NCBI GenBank assembly: GCA_964442745.1
Contig: CAYUAI010000001.1
Location: forward strand, 69,175-133,174
Source of the DNA: an uncultured Chromatiales bacterium
GTDB taxonomy: Bacteria; Pseudomonadota; Gammaproteobacteria; S012-40
Reading direction: 5' to 3'
Length of the DNA stretch: 64,000 nt
A program made the position numbers and the translations under genes. This document shows, piece by piece, positions 59,379 to 64,000 of the stretch. The notes beneath the pieces were generated by a model, which was not told the origin of the DNA, did no database searches, and saw nothing but the letters and a program-made list of their open reading frames with translations. The first letter of the stretch is position 1; each line of letters opens with the position of its first letter.

Positions 59379-59485
59379 AATCGACATGCTTAACATTTAA
59401 AAATCGCAAAGGAAATTGATTTCACCGTTCTTTTCTGATGGAATCAAGGAGTAATCGAAATGGAATAATAGGCTATCTATGACGG
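59379..59485 (-). mobile_element. MITE-like element (family 2), copy 3, degenerate and internally deleted, reverse orientation
   Basis: The reverse complement of 59397-59460 reads ...TCGATTACTCCTTGATTCCATCAGAAAAGAACGGTGAAATCAATTTCCTTTGCGATTTTTAAATG. This aligns with the 30443-30555 core apart from a deletion of about 45 nt. The end motifs AGCCTAT and GTCGATT are recognisable. Confidence 0.5.
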
Positions 59486-59559
59486 TAGATATAGATCTCG
59501 CCATTGATATTCAGTCGAGTTTAGGACGCCCCCCCAGCTCAGGGGTGGGGTTGATGGCT

Positions 59560-61458
59560 TTACCGCGATTCTAAATCATCCCAGCGTGCATAATGATAAT
59601 CCAGTTCTTTCGAAATCACATCGAGACGACTTGTCATTTCGTTGGCGTTATTAAAGTCCTTTTTGTAAAAATTAGGGGCCGCCATTTCGCTTTGTAATTG
59701 GAGTTGCTCTGCTTCAAGTTTTTCAATCATGGTCGGCAAGGATTGTAATTCTCTCTGCTCTTTATACGTTAATTTTTGACGAGCATTCACCACGTTAGAT
59801 TCAGATATCTCCCTCACCACTTTCTTATTTAATTTTTTTTCATTGGGATTGCTATCAACGACAGTCGGCTTTTGCCGCAGATAATCTTGATACCCACCGA
59901 CATATTGTTCAACGACACCCTTTCCGCTAAATACCCAAGTCGAACTCACAATATTATCTAAAAAGTGACGATCATGGCTAACCACTAACACTGTCCCTTC
60001 AAAATTAACAATTAAATTTTCTAATAACTCTAAGGTTTCAATGTCTAGATCATTAGTGGGCTCATCTAATACCAACACATTGGCTGGATTAGCAAATAAT
60101 TTAGCCAATAGCAGACGATTGCATTCTCCACCCGACAAGGAGCTGACAGGTGATTGTAAACGCTCAGGGTCAAACAAAAAATCTCTCAAATAACTCACCA
60201 CATGGCGATCCTGATCACCAATACGAATCGTATCATTACCATCACTCACATTTTCTCTGACGGTTTTTTCTAGCGCTAGCTGAGCACGTTGCTGATCAAA
60301 ATAAGCCACGCTTATATTAGTCCCCTGAGTGACGGTCCCCTCATCAGGCAACAGATCACCTAACATCAAACGTAACAAGGTTGTCTTGCCTGAGCCATTA
60401 GAGCCAATTAAACCAATTTTATCGCCTCGTAGCACACGCACCGAAAAATCTTTCACAATGAGGGAGTCTTCCCAAAAATAGCTTGCGCCTTTTGCCTCGA
60501 ATACCAATTTGCCCGAATTTTCGCTTTGCCCGATGGAGAAATCGGCATTGCCTAATACATGACGGCGCTTTGCTTGCTCTGCTCGCAAAGCTTTCAAGCG
60601 TCTTACTCGCCCTTCATTTCTTGTTCGACGTGCCTTGATCCCTTGACGCACCCAAACTTCTTCTTTTTGCAGTTTTTTATCAAACTGGGCACTCTGTTCT
60701 GCCTCAACGTTCAGTTGGTGTTCTTTTTTTATTTTATAGTTATCATAATCACCCGGCCAAGAGACTAGCTGCCCACGATCTAAATCCACAATGCGTGTCG
60801 CCACTTGACGCAAAAAAGTACGGTCATGAGTAATAAAGATTAGCGTTATTTTTTGACTGACTAAAAAATTTTCCAACCAATTAATTGCCGTAATATCTAA
60901 GTGATTGGTTGGCTCATCTAGCAACAAAATATCGGGCTGGCACACCAGCGCTTGTGCTAATAATACGCGACGCCGCCATCCACCCGATAAGTCACCAACT
61001 TTTTCTTCCGCATTTAATGACAACTGTGATAAAACAGTTTCAATGCGTTGCTGAAATTGCCATCCATTGGCATCATCCAACTGCTGTTGTAACCGAGAGA
61101 GCTTATCTAAAGCCGCTTGCTCGCCCTGCTCTGCCACTTGAATCGCGGTTTCATGATAATCAGAAATTAGCATTGCAACATCACCTAAACCTTTCGCTAC
61201 CAGATTAAAAACCGTAATATCTTCGGCAACGGGCACATCTTGATGTAAACTCGCCACACGGGCGCCAGGCTCAATCCAGAGCGAACCATCATCCGCTTTA
61301 ATTTCACTCGCCACGATTTTTAGTAACGACGATTTTCCAGCACCATTTCGTCCGATAAGACATAAACGCTCGCCCGCCGTGATAGTCAAGTTTGCTTTGT
61401 CTAATAGCGCATGATGACCAAACGCCAATGATATGTTATCTAGTCTAAGCAAGTGCAT
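59560..61458 (-). CDS. uup: ABC-F family ATPase Uup
   Basis: 632 aa with two ABC cassettes (GRNGAGKSS, LSGGWRRR / GSNGSGKTT, LSGGECNR), no TM domain and a C-terminal coiled coil. The length matches E. coli Uup. Confidence 0.88.
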   Translation of the reverse strand: MHLLRLDNISLAFGHHALLDKANLTITAGERLCLIGRNGAGKSSLLKIVASEIKADDGSLWIEPGARVASLHQDVPVAEDITVFNLVAKGLGDVAMLISDYHETAIQVAEQGEQAALDKLSRLQQQLDDANGWQFQQRIETVLSQLSLNAEEKVGDLSGGWRRRVLLAQALVCQPDILLLDEPTNHLDITAINWLENFLVSQKITLIFITHDRTFLRQVATRIVDLDRGQLVSWPGDYDNYKIKKEHQLNVEAEQSAQFDKKLQKEEVWVRQGIKARRTRNEGRVRRLKALRAEQAKRRHVLGNADFSIGQSENSGKLVFEAKGASYFWEDSLIVKDFSVRVLRGDKIGLIGSNGSGKTTLLRLMLGDLLPDEGTVTQGTNISVAYFDQQRAQLALEKTVRENVSDGNDTIRIGDQDRHVVSYLRDFLFDPERLQSPVSSLSGGECNRLLLAKLFANPANVLVLDEPTNDLDIETLELLENLIVNFEGTVLVVSHDRHFLDNIVSSTWVFSGKGVVEQYVGGYQDYLRQKPTVVDSNPNEKKLNKKVVREISESNVVNARQKLTYKEQRELQSLPTMIEKLEAEQLQLQSEMAAPNFYKKDFNNANEMTSRLDVISKELDYHYARWDDLESR

Positions 61459-62006
61459 ATAAAAACCCCAACATTGAATAAGTCACTGTATTTGTCGTTG
61501 CAACACAACATCAAAAAATTCATTCCTTAAATGCATGAAAATTCATCATTATCCCTAACGTTAATAAAAATAATAACGGAATCATGTCATGCGCTTAAAA
61601 AAAATCGTATGACCATACGAAAAACTCTAATCGAAATCGCCGTTAAACGTTTTAATGATACTTGCAAGGCTTTGAGCCTTTTTATGGCTTGCAAGCCGCA
61701 GCCAATTGTTTAACAATGAGACGATGCGACATGACATAAATGTTTAGCATCCATTTAACTGACATGTCTATTAAGGCTAAAATTAATCCTCTATGGCGTT
61801 ATTAAAGTGTCAAAAGACCCTCTTTCATTTGTTTATTAATTAACGGATAGACCACCTTTTTTAGAAGATGAAAAATACATTTATCAAATCATTTTAAATT
61901 CATATGACGGCATTAGTGTAAAGCTACGCTGGGGTTGTCATGGTATGAATAGTGCCTGATCTAAGATAAGTATAATGAAAAGTACTCTTTCGCAAGGAGC
62001 TCGTTC

Positions 62007-62264
62007 ATGGATCATATCACCTTACCCATTGCCAATGGCTGTTATTTCAGTCGTTATGGTGAAATGTACAAAGTGCGCATCGTATGCCATGCAGGCAACG
62101 ATATCACTCAAATTCTTCTGGAAAATACCCAAGGCGAGTTGCAATGCATGTCTGTAGCCACTTGGAAATCATTACGGATGATTCCTTGCTGCCTAAGCTT
62201 TCATGAATCACAAACAATCCATCAAAATAACTGCAAGGATAAAGACGATCGGGTACTAAACTGA
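62007..62264 (+). CDS. Small Cys-rich hypothetical protein (85 aa)
   Basis: ATG preceded by AAGGAG with 7-nt spacing, in an otherwise gene-less AT-rich 1-kb region. I recognise no family. Confidence 0.4.
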   Translation: MDHITLPIANGCYFSRYGEMYKVRIVCHAGNDITQILLENTQGELQCMSVATWKSLRMIPCCLSFHESQTIHQNNCKDKDDRVLN

Positions 62265-62460
62265 ATCGTAATACCTGTTAGCTCGATCATATTAAATCAA
62301 ACACAATGCAACAGGCACTGCATTAGTGCATATATACTTACTAAAATGAAAGCAATGGGATCAATTAATCGCTTACCCTCTATCATTCCTTAGTTGAGTG
62401 ACCTCTCATGGAAAAGCCCTAACATCGCAGCAAATCCATGAGAAGGTGTCACAAACGATA

Positions 62461-64000
62461 TTATTTATCCAGAAAGGCAAGACTCGTTAACTGATTATTT
62501 AGCCTAGCAACAAACGCCGCAGGATCTTCTAACTGTCCACCTTCAGCGAGCAGCGCTTGATCAAACAATATCTCTGTCCAATCGGTAAATTTATTATCCT
62601 CTTTTTCATTATTTAATCGCTTCACCAGCAAATGACTGGGGTTAATTTCCAGCGTTGGTTTACTGGAAGGCACGTCATGGCCCGCCGCTTTTAACATACG
62701 CTGCAAATTCGCCGCCATATCTTGTGCTTCCACCACCAAGCATGAGGGTGAATCGGTTAACCGGTGAGTAATTCTCACGTCCGTCACTTTGTCTCCCAGC
62801 ACCGCTTTCATTCGCTCAGCTAAACCCGTGAAGGCCGCCGCGGCCTTCTCTCTCTCTTCTTTGTCAGTTTGATCTTCCAAGCTGCCTAAATCTAAATCAC
62901 CTTTTGCAACGGACTGAAAAGATTTGCCATCAAATTCCGTTAAATGATTCATTAACCACTCATCCACTCGATCGAACATCAACAGCACTTCAATGCCCTT
63001 TTTTTGAAAAACTTCTAGATGAGGACTATGTTTCGCTGCCATATACGTATCTGCACTGACATAATAAATCTTATCTTGCCCGGTTTTCATCCGACCCACA
63101 TAATCCTCTAGCGAGACATTCTGCTCCTTATCATCATCATGGGTCGACGCAAATCTCAATAATTTTGCGATACGCTCTTTATTAGCAAAATCTTCACCCG
63201 GCCCCTCTTTAAGGGCACGACCAAACTCTTTCCAGAATGTTTTATATTTAGCCTGATCATTTTTCGCAAAGTTTTCCAACAAGCTCAACACTTTTTTCAC
63301 CGAAGCGCCACGAATGCTATCAATTTGTCGGTTACGTTGCAGAATTTCCCGCGAAATGTTTAATGGGAGATCATCAGAATCCACAATACCACGCACAAAA
63401 CGCAAATAATTGGGCATTAAGTGTTCCGTATCATCCATAATGAAAACCCGCTTCACATATAATTTAATTCCATGCTGGCGATCACGCTCCCATAAATCAA
63501 AAGGTGCCCGCGCCGGTATAAACAACAGCGATGTATAAGACTGGTTCCCTTCGACCCGAGAATGCACATAACTTAACGGATCTTCAAAATCATGAGTCAC
63601 ATGCTTGTAAAACTCATGATACTCTTCTTCTTTGATGTCTTTTTTCGCCCGTGTCCACAAAGCGGAGGCCTTATTGACGGTCTCTTCTTCCTTTTTGTCT
63701 TCATCTTCTGAATCCATCACAATGGGTACAGAAATATGATCGGAGTATTTACTAATCACACTCCGCAGGCGATATCCTTGCAAAAACTCATCTTCATCTT
63801 TTTTAAGATGTAAGGTAATTTCCGTGCCACGTGTAGGCTTTTCAACCGTTTCAATGGAATAGTCGCCCTCACCCGCAGACTCCCAACGTACTCCATGCTC
63901 GGCACCCAAACCCGCCCGGCGGGTCACCAATGTGACCTTGTCAGCCACAATATACGTCGAATAAAATCCAACGCCAAACTGGCCAATCAATTGTGCATCT
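62461..64000 (-). CDS. htpG: Molecular chaperone HtpG (Hsp90), 5' end outside window
   Basis: The ORF is open to the window edge. It carries Hsp90 blocks ([29 protein letters not shown], the C-terminal dimerisation region). Confidence 0.96.
   Translation of the reverse strand, partial: DAQLIGQFGVGFYSTYIVADKVTLVTRRAGLGAEHGVRWESAGEGDYSIETVEKPTRGTEITLHLKKDEDEFLQGYRLRSVISKYSDHISVPIVMDSEDEDKKEEETVNKASALWTRAKKDIKEEEYHEFYKHVTHDFEDPLSYVHSRVEGNQSYTSLLFIPARAPFDLWERDRQHGIKLYVKRVFIMDDTEHLMPNYLRFVRGIVDSDDLPLNISREILQRNRQIDSIRGASVKKVLSLLENFAKNDQAKYKTFWKEFGRALKEGPGEDFANKERIAKLLRFASTHDDDKEQNVSLEDYVGRMKTGQDKIYYVSADTYMAAKHSPHLEVFQKKGIEVLLMFDRVDEWLMNHLTEFDGKSFQSVAKGDLDLGSLEDQTDKEEREKAAAAFTGLAERMKAVLGDKVTDVRITHRLTDSPSCLVVEAQDMAANLQRMLKAAGHDVPSSKPTLEINPSHLLVKRLNNEKEDNKFTDWTEILFDQALLAEGGQLEDPAAFVARLNNQLTSLAFLDK

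Noticed and set aside
59527-59550. GC-rich hairpin (CGCCCCCCC...GGGGTGGGG) right after the uup stop as an intrinsic terminator
   Set aside because: The stem is imperfect and no U-tract follows it on the transcribed (minus) strand. It may still form a structure, but I cannot call it a terminator.
1-64000. CRISPR arrays, rRNA, transposases, toxin-antitoxin pairs and known defence systems
   Set aside because: I looked for regularly spaced direct repeats and for hallmark motifs (DDE, integrase RHRY, Cas, restriction-modification methyltransferase motifs) in the ORF track. I found none.

Overview
This is a chromosomal segment of an AT-leaning gammaproteobacterium, and most of it is conserved housekeeping sequence. 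From left to right it holds four blocks. (1) The 3' half of a polar-flagellum export cluster on the minus strand: fliLMNOPQ, fliR, flhB, flhA and a truncated flhF. (2) A long minus-strand block, purF-cvpA-dedD-folC-accD-trpA-trpB-trpF-truA-(membrane ORF)-fimV-asd-leuB-leuD-leuC plus a divergent LysR gene. From memory this matches the Pseudomonas PA3108-PA3122 and E. coli accD-purF arrangements. (3) A more accessory-looking stretch at about 29-44 kb. It contains a small ORF, a coiled-coil/SH3b protein, an ABC exporter, an LplA-like ligase, selO, a repeat lipoprotein, a PilZ protein and a 1.5-kb gene-less region. It ends with a PstS-fragment protein, a beta-barrel, a GGDEF-EAL sensor and a FeeM-like acyltransferase. 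(4) hrpA-mazG-relA, tRNA-Arg(CCU), an aldose-epimerase-family gene, an MFP-RND-PilZ operon, a retropepsin-like protease, nudJ, a SleB-like hydrolase, uup and a truncated htpG. I found no CRISPR array, rRNA, transposase, integrase or recognisable defence genes. The less ordinary signals are two families of MITE-like intergenic repeats, one of them inserted between fliQ and fliR. There is also a palindromic motif shared upstream of two unrelated genes, and several c-di-GMP-linked genes in unusual contexts. All family calls come from motif and synteny recognition by eye. No database search was run.
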